DNA from: a virus
Virus record (IMG/VR): IMGVR_UViG_3300044653_000068
Location: 1 to 64,000 of that record
Direction: 5' to 3' (one strand)
Length of the DNA stretch: 64,000 nucleotides
The position numbers and the translations under genes were made by a program. Under the pieces are notes generated by a model. It ran no database searches, was not told the origin of the DNA, and saw only the letters and a program-made list of their open reading frames with translations. Positions 16,401-26,074 of this stretch are shown in pieces (the stretch's first letter is position 1; each line of letters opens with the position of its first letter).

Positions 16401-19356
16401 TGGTGCCGCCCGTGATGGCGGTGTTGCCGCCCGTGCCGCCGACCAGCGACGTGACCAGGTACTTGGTGCCCGCGTTGCCGAACCAGGAGCCGCCGCCCGT
16501 GCGCGCCCCCACCTGCGCCGAGGTAGTGCCGACGTCCGCCTTGCCGGCAGTGCCGACGTACGCCCAGTAGGTGACGCCGGGGGTCACGGTGATGGTCTTG
16601 CTGCTGTACGCGCCGCCGCCGCCGCCTCCTCCGCCGGACGCGCCCGCGCCGCCGCCGCCCCAGCATTCCGCGAGCACGGAGGTGACGTTGGCCGGGCAGG
16701 TCCAGTGGGCGATCACGCCGGCCTGGGTGAACTGGATCACCGTGCTGCTGATCTGCGCGGCGAGGCCGGCCGAGCCGATGGTGTACGGGACCTGGGCGCC
16801 GGGCAGGACCGCCAGGGCGGGCTCCGCCGCGTACTCCCCGCCTCCGCCGCCTCCGCCGCACAGGGCCCGGCCGACATCCACCGACGCGCCGGCGCCGCCC
16901 CCGCCCCAGGCCTCGGCCTCCAGGGAGTAGACGCCCGGCGGGACGATGAACGTGCCGCTGGCGGTCAGCTCCTTGGCTATCGCCTGGCCGGCCGGGAGCT
17001 GGCACTGGACGCTGACCGGCGCGCGGGCGGTCCCGGGCAGGGCGAACAGGTTGTAGACGTTGCCGCGCGGGGAGATCTGGGTCTGGAGCGTCTGCGGGTT
17101 GGCGGTGAGGCGGTTCAGCCAGCAGTGCATGCGGACGTAGCCGGTGTGGCCGCTGCCGGACCAGTTGGTGACGCGGACCGAGTACGACGCGACGGCGTTG
17201 TAGCCGAAGGCCTTCCCCTGCGGGACGGGCGCGTTGATCTGCGTCCACTTGGCCATCGTCGCGTTGGCCCCGAACAGCACCTTCTTCTGCGCCTTGGAGA
17301 AGCTCAGCGTCCGGCCGGAGGTGTCGGTCAGGGTCCAGGCGAGGGTGACGTTGGAGGTGTACTTCGGGTCGGCCGGCCATTGCGTGTCGTACGCCTGGCC
17401 GAACCACACGGACAGCACGGGCAGGCCGGTGATGTTCACTGGCGAGGGAAGCGTCTGGCTGTAGGTCGCGGCCGGCCACGGCGTGTGCATCGGCCTCGGC
17501 GCGTTGTACTTCGCGCTCGTCCCGCCGCCGGGGGCGGAGGAGGCGTCGCGGCTCCAGTACTGGTTGACGGGCTGGAGCGCGATCAGGAGGAGCTGGGACG
17601 GGATCGGCAGGGTGGTGACGCCGTAGGACAGCGCCGTCTGGCCGACCGGCATCGCGTACCAGGAGACCGTGGCATTGAGGCCGTTGCCGCTCGGCGTCCC
17701 GATCGAGGTGAAGCCGCCCGGCAGCGAGCCGCTGCTGCCCAGCCCGGAAGTCACGCTCAGCAGCATGTCGTAGGGGTTCAGGCCGGTGAGGTTGAAGCCG
17801 TAGTTGGTGACGTAGTTGTCGATGTTGACCGGCAGGGCGGCGCGCGGCTGCCAGGACCCGGTGACCGAGTACGCAGCCGACGACGGGCTCGTCGAGGCGC
17901 TGGAGGTGACGGTGACGTGATCGGTGCCGGAGGTCAGCGCGGTCTTCACCAGGGCCGTGTAGACGTACTGCCACAGGGCCTCCGTGCCCACCTGGCCGGA
18001 CACGGCGAGACCGTACACGTTCCCCTGGGTGTCGGTGACGCCCGTGATGGTGCCGGCCGGGGCTTCCACCTCGACCACCACCGTGTTCGTCGCCGCGACG
18101 TTAGCGCCGATCGCGATGTTCCAGGAGCTGACCGAGGTGGGGTTCGAGGTGCCGAGCGTCGTCCAGGTCGGGGAGCCGATGACCGGCGGCGGGGCGAACA
18201 CCTCCGTGAAGCTGTCCACGGTGACGGGGGAGGCGGGCTGGACGCCGTTGACGATCGGGTTCCCGAACGCCAGCTGCTGCACGCCGTCGATGTCGCTGCG
18301 GCCGAACGGCAGCGCCTGGATCGTCAGGGTGATCATCGCGATGGGGTAGTTCGGGCGGCCGATCGTGGAGTTCGTCGCGCTGCCGCCCGCGCTGTAGTTG
18401 AAGCCGTACAGCGGCGTGCTGGGGAGGGCGCGGAAGCAGTCGAAGACCGTTGCCAGGCCCGTGTCGGCCGGGGTCCACTTGAGCGGGTAGACCTGCTGGT
18501 CGATAACCGACATCAGGTACTCGCGCGCCTTCAGCACCTGGCTCATCCCGCCGGCCTGGGTGCCGAAGATGATGATCGGCAGGGTCATGGTGCGGTTCGA
18601 GGACCGCGCGCCGAAGGGCCGCTCGCCGTCCAGGAGCATGGACGCCACGACGTCCTGCGTGGGCTGCGGCGCGTTCAGGTCGTAGCTGGCCTCATAACCG
18701 TAGGCGGCGTTATTCAGGCTGGGGGGCGCGAGGATGCGGAAGACCGGCCCCTGGCCGTTGGAGTCGGCCATCTCCGGAATTGTGCACGGGACGCCCTGAG
18801 CGCCGCCCATCAGCTCGATGATGCCGTCGAGCACCAGGGAGTCGCTGTCGCCCGCGAGGAGGTTCTGCGCGGTCCACGCCAGCACGGCGCTCGCGACGGC
18901 GGTCCACGGCCAGAAGGTCCAGGAGAAGGCGTAGTTGACATTGACCTGGTTGTTGTTCTGGTCGTCCACCTCTGCCTGGTAGACCGACAGCGCGCTGCCG
19001 GGCAGGCCCGCCTGGGTGACCTGGGCGATGCAGTAGGAGGTCCCGGCCGGCGCGAGGACCTCCCCCGTGCTGACCGCGTACAGCTGGCCGCCGGTCATGG
19101 CCCCCGAGCTGGCGGTGAAGGCCGACCCGATGATGACGTTGGAGGAGTTGTAGAACGCCAGGGAAACGCTCATGCCGCTGGCCCACGTCGAGGCGTACGA
19201 GCAGACAACCTGGAACTGGTAGGTCAGACCGGCCTGGGCGGGGACGTTCTCCGACTGCATGCCGGCCCCGCTGGTGACGCCGTTGTTGGCAACGGTGATG
19301 GCGTACGGGAAGTTACCGCTGCCTGCGTACGCGGCCAACGCGCCTCCCGTGCTCAC
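13435..19356 (-). CDS. Giant (1973 aa) distal-tail-like virion protein with Gly-rich repeats and carbohydrate-binding-like modules
   Basis: Directly after the tape measure gene; DGERPFGARSSNRTMTLPI...LKWTP Dit-like segment; EAWGGGGAG repeats. Confidence 0.8.
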   Translation of the reverse strand: MSTGGALAAYAGSGNFPYAITVANNGVTSGAGMQSENVPAQAGLTYQFQVVCSYASTWASGMSVSLAFYNSSNVIIGSAFTASSGAMTGGQLYAVSTGEVLAPAGTSYCIAQVTQAGLPGSALSVYQAEVDDQNNNQVNVNYAFSWTFWPWTAVASAVLAWTAQNLLAGDSDSLVLDGIIELMGGAQGVPCTIPEMADSNGQGPVFRILAPPSLNNAAYGYEASYDLNAPQPTQDVVASMLLDGERPFGARSSNRTMTLPIIIFGTQAGGMSQVLKAREYLMSVIDQQVYPLKWTPADTGLATVFDCFRALPSTPLYGFNYSAGGSATNSTIGRPNYPIAMITLTIQALPFGRSDIDGVQQLAFGNPIVNGVQPASPVTVDSFTEVFAPPPVIGSPTWTTLGTSNPTSVSSWNIAIGANVAATNTVVVEVEAPAGTITGVTDTQGNVYGLAVSGQVGTEALWQYVYTALVKTALTSGTDHVTVTSSASTSPSSAAYSVTGSWQPRAALPVNIDNYVTNYGFNLTGLNPYDMLLSVTSGLGSSGSLPGGFTSIGTPSGNGLNATVSWYAMPVGQTALSYGVTTLPIPSQLLLIALQPVNQYWSRDASSAPGGGTSAKYNAPRPMHTPWPAATYSQTLPSPVNITGLPVLSVWFGQAYDTQWPADPKYTSNVTLAWTLTDTSGRTLSFSKAQKKVLFGANATMAKWTQINAPVPQGKAFGYNAVASYSVRVTNWSGSGHTGYVRMHCWLNRLTANPQTLQTQISPRGNVYNLFALPGTARAPVSVQCQLPAGQAIAKELTASGTFIVPPGVYSLEAEAWGGGGAGASVDVGRALCGGGGGGGEYAAEPALAVLPGAQVPYTIGSAGLAAQISSTVIQFTQAGVIAHWTCPANVTSVLAECWGGGGAGASGGGGGGGGAYSSKTITVTPGVTYWAYVGTAGKADVGTTSAQVGARTGGGSWFGNAGTKYLVTSLVGGTGGNTAITGGTSGGAGGANVGAPGTTHRNGGRGGSSPGPSGGGGGGAAGSGAAGGAGGDSQPHLTTGGVNWQTGGLGGTGGGGGTSGGNGGAGASTPGFPAVGSQPGGGGGGGYTSGTLATTAQAAVNLPGTKSVNYLGADGGAGMVQLTYQINGGSPLAGGSTVFGSAATTGTVVTAHGGSSAAVNSATGAAGGTGSSNTVHDNGGAGGLLTSGSLGSYMTGNPGTGTGPSLTYLNSMSYNSTGGTSGGAGASVSQGVALALIESAGPVTDLAVIDSAGNVYQPTGGSQGGGSAGTGVTAYGFVANIEFPVTTSTTLAVTSATSQEYGVLWAASPYLASGVTSGNLGSGNGTGATASGQFGASDTSSLEVELAVVVQDGGTTVSSLPGNLGKIWYQAASTYTVTAGTLNLSAYTIKNQGGGTDNAGSGDTFSATLSGSANWAVLCIPLLLMNQQADVIQLDWRSGTTPGAQTTWGTEAAISANGMILVVGMAGSGAGVTAGPTAMADSGGNHYTTQKTQVIPSSGGVMWMTTAPVTAALAAGATGTYNWGGASAAPEYAVATYWIPNAVGVDAHGASAVTGSGTAASGSYTPASPNDTLVGAIGAVVASETFGAAAAPFNLMDTLAQSYLHDQLWAAQITDEAATTLSSTLGTTAPWCEMLIGFTMPLAGSGGGAAGGPGAPGYPGVWQQGAPGLAGANSGKGGTGAGTLNTGGGSAALPGGGGGGAYASNTGANQGGQGGGGMVRVTWTPPLTAMNNLIVHSLGANTDPNVNPICPIPVTDAPNNTEYAVPSVSGLVPATFSSSYTVLLVANSWNSSTAGSARQITVTINQYEYPGGPRYSVQASRAVTPATDIVNGFVNLGEVTLPLKDYTAYNDQSYFTLSVNDTDIADRFMDVLFLDTTGQTALINIGQGNPGYGQYVNYFLDEATPDRDLGFVGASFQDRQHQVSVLDSAMISGGALYIQAGDNLLLCYSTAGAPDLALTYAPRWFLDRAVLC

Positions 19357-19427
19357 CTGACTGAAACGTCAACTCACGGCCCACCCTACCGTGAAGGCAG
19401 CTCACACGGGAACAAGCCTCCATGGGC

Positions 19428-22400
19428 TTAGTTCTGCGCGCTGTAGAACCCTGCCTTCACGCCCGCCCCGGCCGACTGGCCGATAGCCCTGCCCATCGTC
19501 TGCGGCAGGCCGGACAGCAGCTGGATGATCTTGTTGTTCTGGCTAATCAGCGTCTGCTGGCCAACATTCGTCGCGGGCTGCATCATAGAATTACCGGAAG
19601 CAGCGGCCTGGCTGCCGTTCGACACATATTCGGGCTGGCCGTTCTCGGCGAAGCTGTAGCCCATCCCAGACCACAAGCCCACGCCGTTAACCGGCTCATT
19701 AATAGCGCCCCCGCCGCTATACCCACGATAGCTGCCCGCCCGGCCAATTCCCTGAATGTTGTAGGGGCTGCCGTATTCGCCGATGATGTATCGCACCGCC
19801 GCCTCGATATTGGAGAGCGGGTTGGTGATGCTGCCGGTGCCGCCGTACATTTCATATGTCGATGGCAGCATTTGCATTATGCCCACGGCGTGCTCGCCCA
19901 GGACCGAGATCGGGTCGATGGCCGCCGCGTTGCCGCCGGACTCCTTGCTGATGATCAGCTCGATGGCCGGCAGCCACGACTGGGGAGCGTGGTCGGCGTT
20001 GAGGGCCTCCATGATCAGCTGCGCGATGACCGGGGAGGTGATCGGCGCCGGCCCGGACAGGGTGCCCGAGGTGAGCATGCCGTTCTTCACCGTGTTGACG
20101 AACGACTGCGCGGCCGAGGTCGCGAACTGGGTGGAGGCCTGGCCCACGGTCGGCACGATGTTCTGGATCTGCGTGGCGTCGGCGTTCATCCCCACATAGC
20201 CGCCGGAGGCGAAGCCGGGGATGCCCATGCGCTTGGCCGCGCTGCCGAACATCGCCGCGTGACTCGTCGGGATGATCAGCTCGCCGGGGGCGACCATCGC
20301 CAGCCTGGAGTCCCGCCCGGCCGGACCGGAGCCCGCCGGCACGACGCCGCCCGCCGCCATCCCCTGGAACCGCAGCTCGCCCAGCATCGCGTTCTTGATG
20401 CCGTAGGCGGCGTTGCCGGTCTCGACGGCCGACACCTCGCCCGAGGCGCTGACGTTGGTCTTGACGTTCGCGATGTACGGCGACCCGGAGCCCAGCGTCT
20501 GGAGGGAGTGGTACAGCGCGTCCGCCTCGCCCTTGGACAGCTTGAGGTTCCCGATCGTCTGCTCCCAGCTCGACTGGGACTTGCCCATGGCGCCGTCGAT
20601 GGCGGCGATGGCGGCCGGGCCGTAGCCGAGCTGAGTCAGGTAGGCGTTCAGGTACTGAGTCGCCTGGGTGGTGCCGACGCCCGCCTTCTTCAGGGCGTTC
20701 ACGTAGTTGCCGGACAAGGTGATCGCGGTGTTGGTGACCTCGCCGCGCGCCGTCACGGAGGCGGTGTAGAGGCCGTTGATAGACCCGGAGAGGGTCTCCG
20801 TGGCCACCTTCGACGCCTCCATGCTCGTGACGTCGGTCTCCAGCTGGTTGGCCAGGTTCTTCTCGGCGGTCGTCATGTTGCTGGCGCTGATGGTGAGCGC
20901 GGCCTGAGAGTTGTTGAGGATGTTCGACGCGCCGCTGGTGCTGCCGATCCACTTAGCGAGGACCTGGAAGCTGCTGGTGGCGGGACCGCCCATGAGCTGC
21001 GCGAGGGAGGACAGCTCGGCGACGCCCTCCTTGCTGCCCGCGACGAACGGGAGCAGGGACGCGAGGATCGCCTTCCCGCCTTCCGTCAGCTCCTTCTCCG
21101 CCGAGGCGGTGTCGCCGGACGCGGTGGCCAGGGTCTGGAGGTTCCCGAACAGGGTGACGCCGGCCTGGAGCTGGGAGTCGAACGCCTGCCGGGCGGCGAG
21201 GGCGGACTGCGTGGTGCCGTCCAGCCCCGTTTTCAGCAAGGGGAACGTCTCGGACAGCTTGCCGAGGCTGACCTTCAGGGTGTCGCCACTCGCCGCACCC
21301 TGCTTCATCGCCCCGGACAGGGTGGCCTGGCCCTGCTCAAAGGTGGTGAAGGCGCTGTCGCCGCCGGTGATCATCGTGATCCAGGCGCTCTCGGCCTGCG
21401 TAAGAGTCTGGATGTTCTTGGTCACGGTGCCGGTCGCGATGTTCAGCGCCCCGAGCTGGGCCGTGGCCTCGCTGCCCGACTGCGACATGTATCCGTAGCC
21501 GGCGGCTAGCGCCTTAAGCTCGGTCAGCTGGGCCGCCCACTGCGCGTTGGTTTCCTTGGCGACCGTGCCCGCGCTGATGTTCATCAGGTTCAGGCCCGAC
21601 AGGGCGGCGCTCGTGCTGCCGAACACCCCTGCCAGCTGGCCCATGCGGATGCCGTAGTTGTCGGTCTCCTGGACGAGCTGCTGCTGGCCCCCGAGCAGCT
21701 CCTGCGTCTGCCGGTAGTTGTCGTTCAGGGCGTGCCCGCTGGTGTTGAGACCGCGCACCGTGCCGAGCGAGGCGCTGGCGTTGGCGTTCATCTGCTGGGT
21801 GAGCTTGTTGTACTGGTCAGCGGTCTTAGCCAGGCCGTTCGCCAGCACCTGGGTGATGTTCGCCGCGTTGGCGGCCGTCACCGTGTCCTGGATCTGGGCG
21901 TTGAACTTGGCGGCGGCGTCGGTGCTGTTGCGCAGCGCGAAGTACAGGACGGTGCCGATGATCGCGGCGGCGGCGCCGGCGGCCAGGCCCACGGCGCCGA
22001 ACGGGATGACGCTCAGAAGGTCGGAGAACGCGTCGGTGGCGGCGATGCCTATGCCCTCTTCCCTGGTGAGGGCGACGAGCGCGCTGGTGTACCTGATCGT
22101 GTTGACGACGCCGGCCGCGATCAGCCCGCCTATCGCCCCGATAGCGGTGCCGAAGGCGTTGAACTTGCCGGTGGCCGCCTCGGTCTCCTCGCCGGCCTCC
22201 GCAGTGTCCTCGCCGACCTTCACCGCCGCGCTCCCGGCGTCCGCCAGGGCGGTTCCGGTCAGCGCAGCGTACTTGGCGATGCCCCCCATGACCATGGCGC
22301 GGCCGAGCGCGAAGACCGCCGTCGCGGCCAGGCCCGCGTAGACGATGAAGCCGTGAATGGCGAGGCCCAGCTTGATGGCCGGGCCCGCGAACTGGACGAA

Positions 22401-23846
22401 ATCGGCGGTCATGGTCAGCGCGGCGTCGCCCAGGTCCAGCAGGATGTGAACGTAGCCGGGCATGTCGTGGACGAACAGGTCGTCGAGGATCTTGCCGAGT
22501 TCCTCGAACCCGTAGCCGATCTGGGCGAAGTCCTTGGCGCCGGTTCCGATGATGGAGTCCAGGGACTTCTCGAAGCCGCCGACCGCCGCCGCCGCCTGGG
22601 CGCCCCAGCGGTCGATGACGTCCCCGACCTTGGTCAGGGCGTCGCCGAGGCTCGCGGAGTTGTGGGTGACGATCGACATGTACTCGCCGAAGGCGACCAG
22701 GATGGACGGCTCGATGGCCCGCTCCACCTGGTCGAACCCGGAGCCCAGGTCCTTCAGGCCCACGGCGGTGCCGGACAGGCCGCTGTCCACGCCGTCGAGG
22801 ACGGTGTTGATGTTCTTCCACTGGCCGTAGATCTTCTCGCCGACCGGGAAGGCGTAGCCGGCGAACGCGCCCACGGCGATGATGGCCGGGCCCCACGCGG
22901 CGGCGAACTCGAAGATGGCGTCGGTGAACAAGTGCCAGAGGTGGATATTCGCCAGCCAGTCCGGGAGGATGCCCTCCAGCGCCCCGCCGAAGGTGCGGAT
23001 CTGGTTGTTCAGAATCCCCCAGCCGGTGCCGTTGGAGATGATCATCGAGTCCTGGGTCATGACCCTCGCGATGTTCGCGAAAGTGCCCAGGGCCGCCTCC
23101 GGCGCCTTGATACCGTCAAGGCCCGCCTGGATGGCGGCGACCGACGCCCCGATCTTGAGCAGGTCGGCCTCTATCGGGAGCGTGTCCGCCGACATGGGCA
23201 TGTTGTTCATGCTCTTGGCGAGGCGGAGAACCTGCCCCTGGAGCAGGACGATCTTCGCCAGGGCGGCGTTGTCGTCAATGTTCGCGCGCAGGTTGGACAG
23301 GGCCTCGTTGAGCAGCGCCGCCTCGGTCCGGAGGACCGCCATCTTGGTGTCGTAGACGGCGGTGCTCATGTTCGGGTCGAGGCCGGACATGTCCGCCGCG
23401 AGGGCCCTGGCCGAGGCGTCCAGCGTGTAAAACTTCGCAAGCGCCTTGTTAATGTCGAAGTCCGCGTCGCCCAAGTCCTCAAGCTTCGCCTGGAGCCCCT
23501 CGGCCCCGGCGATCAGGGCGTACAGCTTGGCGAGCGCCCGGGAGTCGTCCAGGGAGACGGGGATGTTGTCCAGGCGCCCCATGAGGGCGTTCACGGCGGC
23601 GGACAGGCCCGCGACGTCCGCTATCGCCCGGTCGGTGTTCAGCCCGAGCGTGCCCTCGGAGTTGAGGCCCTTCAGCGCGGCGGCGATGGCCGCGATCTTG
23701 GCGTCGATGTCCTTGGTGTTGCCCGTGAGGGTCACCTGAGGGCGCAGGGCGCTCAGCGCCGCCTTCACCTTGGCCTCTGTGTCCGGCCCGAACATAGAGG
23801 TCTCGGGGTTGATCGCGATATACGCGTCACCTATAAGGCGCGGCAC
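19428..23846 (-). CDS. Tail tape measure protein with C-terminal lytic transglycosylase (SLT) domain
   Basis: 1472 aa, Ala/Leu-rich and helical; IISKESGGN...GIMQM...NIEAAVRYI. Confidence 0.9.
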   Translation of the reverse strand: MPRLIGDAYIAINPETSMFGPDTEAKVKAALSALRPQVTLTGNTKDIDAKIAAIAAALKGLNSEGTLGLNTDRAIADVAGLSAAVNALMGRLDNIPVSLDDSRALAKLYALIAGAEGLQAKLEDLGDADFDINKALAKFYTLDASARALAADMSGLDPNMSTAVYDTKMAVLRTEAALLNEALSNLRANIDDNAALAKIVLLQGQVLRLAKSMNNMPMSADTLPIEADLLKIGASVAAIQAGLDGIKAPEAALGTFANIARVMTQDSMIISNGTGWGILNNQIRTFGGALEGILPDWLANIHLWHLFTDAIFEFAAAWGPAIIAVGAFAGYAFPVGEKIYGQWKNINTVLDGVDSGLSGTAVGLKDLGSGFDQVERAIEPSILVAFGEYMSIVTHNSASLGDALTKVGDVIDRWGAQAAAAVGGFEKSLDSIIGTGAKDFAQIGYGFEELGKILDDLFVHDMPGYVHILLDLGDAALTMTADFVQFAGPAIKLGLAIHGFIVYAGLAATAVFALGRAMVMGGIAKYAALTGTALADAGSAAVKVGEDTAEAGEETEAATGKFNAFGTAIGAIGGLIAAGVVNTIRYTSALVALTREEGIGIAATDAFSDLLSVIPFGAVGLAAGAAAAIIGTVLYFALRNSTDAAAKFNAQIQDTVTAANAANITQVLANGLAKTADQYNKLTQQMNANASASLGTVRGLNTSGHALNDNYRQTQELLGGQQQLVQETDNYGIRMGQLAGVFGSTSAALSGLNLMNISAGTVAKETNAQWAAQLTELKALAAGYGYMSQSGSEATAQLGALNIATGTVTKNIQTLTQAESAWITMITGGDSAFTTFEQGQATLSGAMKQGAASGDTLKVSLGKLSETFPLLKTGLDGTTQSALAARQAFDSQLQAGVTLFGNLQTLATASGDTASAEKELTEGGKAILASLLPFVAGSKEGVAELSSLAQLMGGPATSSFQVLAKWIGSTSGASNILNNSQAALTISASNMTTAEKNLANQLETDVTSMEASKVATETLSGSINGLYTASVTARGEVTNTAITLSGNYVNALKKAGVGTTQATQYLNAYLTQLGYGPAAIAAIDGAMGKSQSSWEQTIGNLKLSKGEADALYHSLQTLGSGSPYIANVKTNVSASGEVSAVETGNAAYGIKNAMLGELRFQGMAAGGVVPAGSGPAGRDSRLAMVAPGELIIPTSHAAMFGSAAKRMGIPGFASGGYVGMNADATQIQNIVPTVGQASTQFATSAAQSFVNTVKNGMLTSGTLSGPAPITSPVIAQLIMEALNADHAPQSWLPAIELIISKESGGNAAAIDPISVLGEHAVGIMQMLPSTYEMYGGTGSITNPLSNIEAAVRYIIGEYGSPYNIQGIGRAGSYRGYSGGGAINEPVNGVGLWSGMGYSFAENGQPEYVSNGSQAAASGNSMMQPATNVGQQTLISQNNKIIQLLSGLPQTMGRAIGQSAGAGVKAGFYSAQN

Positions 23847-23858
23847 TGTGAACTCCCC

Positions 23859-24227
23859 TCACTCTATGACGGCAGCGTACAGGGCCGTGGACATGAAGGG
23901 ATATACGCTGTGCATCTGGTCGGCGGGCTTCTCCAGGAACAGGGTCGGGCCGTACGCCGCGTTGACCCCGCCGAATATCGTGCCGCCCCGGGTGTAGCCC
24001 ATGTGCGGCGTGACGCTGCCTTTCAGGTACCCCAGCGAGCGGGGCATGTAGCTGCTGGAGTTCCTGCCCCAGGACCAGTTCTTCACCTGCTGGACCGGGG
24101 CGAGGGCCATGGCGATGGCGGCCATCTCGGCGGCCTTCTCGGCGAGGAACTTGCCAACCGGGCCGTCCATGCTGTTGAGCAGCCACTCCAGCTCTGCGTC
24201 GTTCCAGTCAACACGCACGTACGCCAC
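23859..24227 (-). CDS. HK97 gp10-like tail completion protein
   Basis: APV...G.LKGS...YGPTLFLE...YPFM pattern; position. Confidence 0.6.
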   Translation of the reverse strand: MAYVRVDWNDAELEWLLNSMDGPVGKFLAEKAAEMAAIAMALAPVQQVKNWSWGRNSSSYMPRSLGYLKGSVTPHMGYTRGGTIFGGVNAAYGPTLFLEKPADQMHSVYPFMSTALYAAVIE

Positions 24228-24239
24228 TGTTACACCGCC

Positions 24240-24767
24240 TCACAGAACATCGCGCGCCGCCTCTTCCCGCTCCCTGCCCGCCTGCTGCCGCCGCAGCGCG
24301 CCCATCCCCGGCAGCTCCCACGGGTTGCCCTTGAAGTCCGCCAGGCCCGCCTCCTCGCGGTCCTCGAACCGCCAGCGGTCCGCCTCGCTGACACCGGGGG
24401 GAAGCTGGCTGTCAGTATCCTCGTCGAACATCTCGGCAATCTGCTCGGGCGTATAGCCCCGGGCGGGGAGCAGCACGTTCTTGTGCATCCACATCGCCAG
24501 CTCCTCGTGGTCCGGCCGCAGCCCGATCTTCTCCTCGAAGCGCTCGATGCGCTCGCTCAGGGTCATGTCGAACTGGTGCCCGGCCATCCGCGCCGCGCGG
24601 TCCTCCTCGCGCATGTCCTTGATGACGTGGAAGTACGCGAGGTTGCAGCCCTCGCGGACCGTCATCTCGTGGAGCTGCCTGCCGTTGCCCTCCGCGAGCG
24701 ACTGCCCGTCCACGTAGCCCTGGTTGGCGATCAGCCAATTGAGGAGCCAGAGGGCCCCACGGTAGGG
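24240..24767 (-). CDS. Tail assembly chaperone, frameshift-extension (gpT-like) part
   Basis: -1 frame is open from the CCCTAC site: PYRGALWLLNWLIANQGYVDG... Confidence 0.65.
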   Translation of the reverse strand, partial: PYRGALWLLNWLIANQGYVDGQSLAEGNGRQLHEMTVREGCNLAYFHVIKDMREEDRAARMAGHQFDMTLSERIERFEEKIGLRPDHEELAMWMHKNVLLPARGYTPEQIAEMFDEDTDSQLPPGVSEADRWRFEDREEAGLADFKGNPWELPGMGALRRQQAGREREEAARDVL

Positions 24768-25138
24768 CGCCCCGCCAGGCCCTCCATGGCGGCGTTGATG
24801 AAGTCGGCCAGCTCATCGGGCTCGACGTGCTCCTCGCGGGCGAACTTGCGGAACTCCGCCCAGTCGTCGGGGTGCACGATGTCCTCAAGAACGTGGAACG
24901 CGGCGGGCAGCCCGTCGCCCCCCGTGGACGCCCCCCACTCCATCAGCGCCATGACACTGGGGATCTGGTTGAGCATGAACTTGCGGTCGCGAAGCGGCGC
25001 TGTGCCGTGCTCGGCCTCCAGCTTCGCGCGCTTGTCCTTGGCGACCCGGGCGTCCTGGTCGGCGGTGCCGAGCTGGACCTTGGCGGCGCGGGCGTCCCCC
25101 GTGGGCCTGCGCGTCGTACGAGGCGGCTGAGCTGGCAT
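24731..25138 (-). CDS. Tail assembly chaperone (gpG-like)
   Basis: Between major tail and tape measure genes; ends ...GRPT (CGC CCT ACC). Confidence 0.75.
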   Translation of the reverse strand: MPAQPPRTTRRPTGDARAAKVQLGTADQDARVAKDKRAKLEAEHGTAPLRDRKFMLNQIPSVMALMEWGASTGGDGLPAAFHVLEDIVHPDDWAEFRKFAREEHVEPDELADFINAAMEGLAGRPTVGPSGSSIG

Positions 25139-25205
25139 CGCGTGATACTCCGGTTTCTGTATAGGATGAGGCTGCTTGGTGTTCTCTCATCCGGTGAACC
25201 GGAGC

Positions 25206-25240
25206 GAAGGCCGCCTCTCTTGCCCGGGAGGCGGCCTTCG
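25206..25240 (-). terminator. GC-rich hairpin after major tail gene
   Basis: CGAAGGCCGCCTC...GAGGCGGCCTTCG inverted repeat. Confidence 0.6.
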
Positions 25241-25248
25241 TCGTCAGG

Positions 25249-25686
25249 TCATGTGCCCGCAATGCCCAAAGCGGGATACCGCTGAACCTGCGAGGCCGCG
25301 TTCCAGGTGCTCTTGAACGTGACGGCGGCCGCGACGCCGCCGGAGCTGGAGAAGTCCGGCAGGATCGTTCCGAAGTAGTACTGGCCGGGGCTCGCGCCCT
25401 CAAGGCCGAGCAGGCTCGGGTAGAGGTAGAAGTTGCGCGGCTGGCCGTCGATCGCGGCGGCGTACGTCTGCGCGGTCGCGGTGTCGTAGAAACCGGAGAA
25501 GTCGCCGGAGGCGTCGGGCAGGCCGGCCACCCAGACCAGGTTGGAGTCACCGAGCGCGGTCACATCGACCTTCGCCACGGTGAAGTTTATGGTCCAGTCC
25601 GCGACGAAGGCCAGGGGGGCGGCAGCTGCCGGGGCGACCGCGATACCCATGTAGACCATACCGTTGCGACCGTGGATACGGGACAC
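25249..25686 (-). CDS. Major tail (tube) protein
   Basis: MSRIHGRNG...VDVTALGD...AGLPDASGDFSGFYD, tube-protein pattern. Confidence 0.85.
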   Translation of the reverse strand: MSRIHGRNGMVYMGIAVAPAAAAPLAFVADWTINFTVAKVDVTALGDSNLVWVAGLPDASGDFSGFYDTATAQTYAAAIDGQPRNFYLYPSLLGLEGASPGQYYFGTILPDFSSSGGVAAAVTFKSTWNAASQVQRYPALGIAGT

Positions 25687-25771
25687 AGAGTCACCTCTTA
25701 GCTACTAGGTGTAGTAATCTCTGCATCCGGCTCCAGGCGCGCACGCGACCTGGCCTCGGTTGCTCACCTCA

Positions 25772-25800
25772 AGGGTAAGGGCAGCCGTGAAGTCGCACAA
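25772..25800 (-). promoter_or_regulatory. Promoter for major tail gene
   Basis: TTGTGC-17 nt (contains ACTTCACGG)-TACCCT; same motif at 48498 and 50087. Confidence 0.65.
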
Positions 25801-25810
25801 CAGTTGCCGG

Positions 25811-26074
25811 CTACTCCGGCGGACGCCACCCGTGGGAGACCAGGAAGTCGCGGAAGCCGCCGTTGATCTCCACGCCCGGCGCGGTCAGGTCGATGGCGGC
25901 CGGGAGCAGCTCGATCGACAGGACCGGCTTGCGCGTGGTGCGGCTGAACGAGATCGTCATCGCCGTGATGAACTGGTCGAGCGGGTACCCGTCGATCTCC
26001 ACCTTCGCGTTCCCCGGCTCCAGGTGCATCACCATGCTGCCCGGCTGCTGCGGTGCGCGGTCCGGCCGCTGCAT
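25811..26074 (-). CDS. Hypothetical protein
   Basis: 87 aa, coupled to upstream stop, high GC3. Confidence 0.55.
   Translation of the reverse strand: MQRPDRAPQQPGSMVMHLEPGNAKVEIDGYPLDQFITAMTISFSRTTRKPVLSIELLPAAIDLTAPGVEINGGFRDFLVSHGWRPPE

Noticed and set aside
8999-19356. Diversity-generating retroelement targeting tail proteins
   Set aside because: No reverse transcriptase and no adenine-specific TR/VR repeat pair seen.
14146-25130. Very long plus-strand ORFs (14146-19431, 19422-21509, 21732-25130; similarly 1952-4093, 8984-11611, 53673-55634)
   Set aside because: Antisense shadows of high-GC3 minus-strand genes; Arg/Gly/Ala-rich with no motifs.
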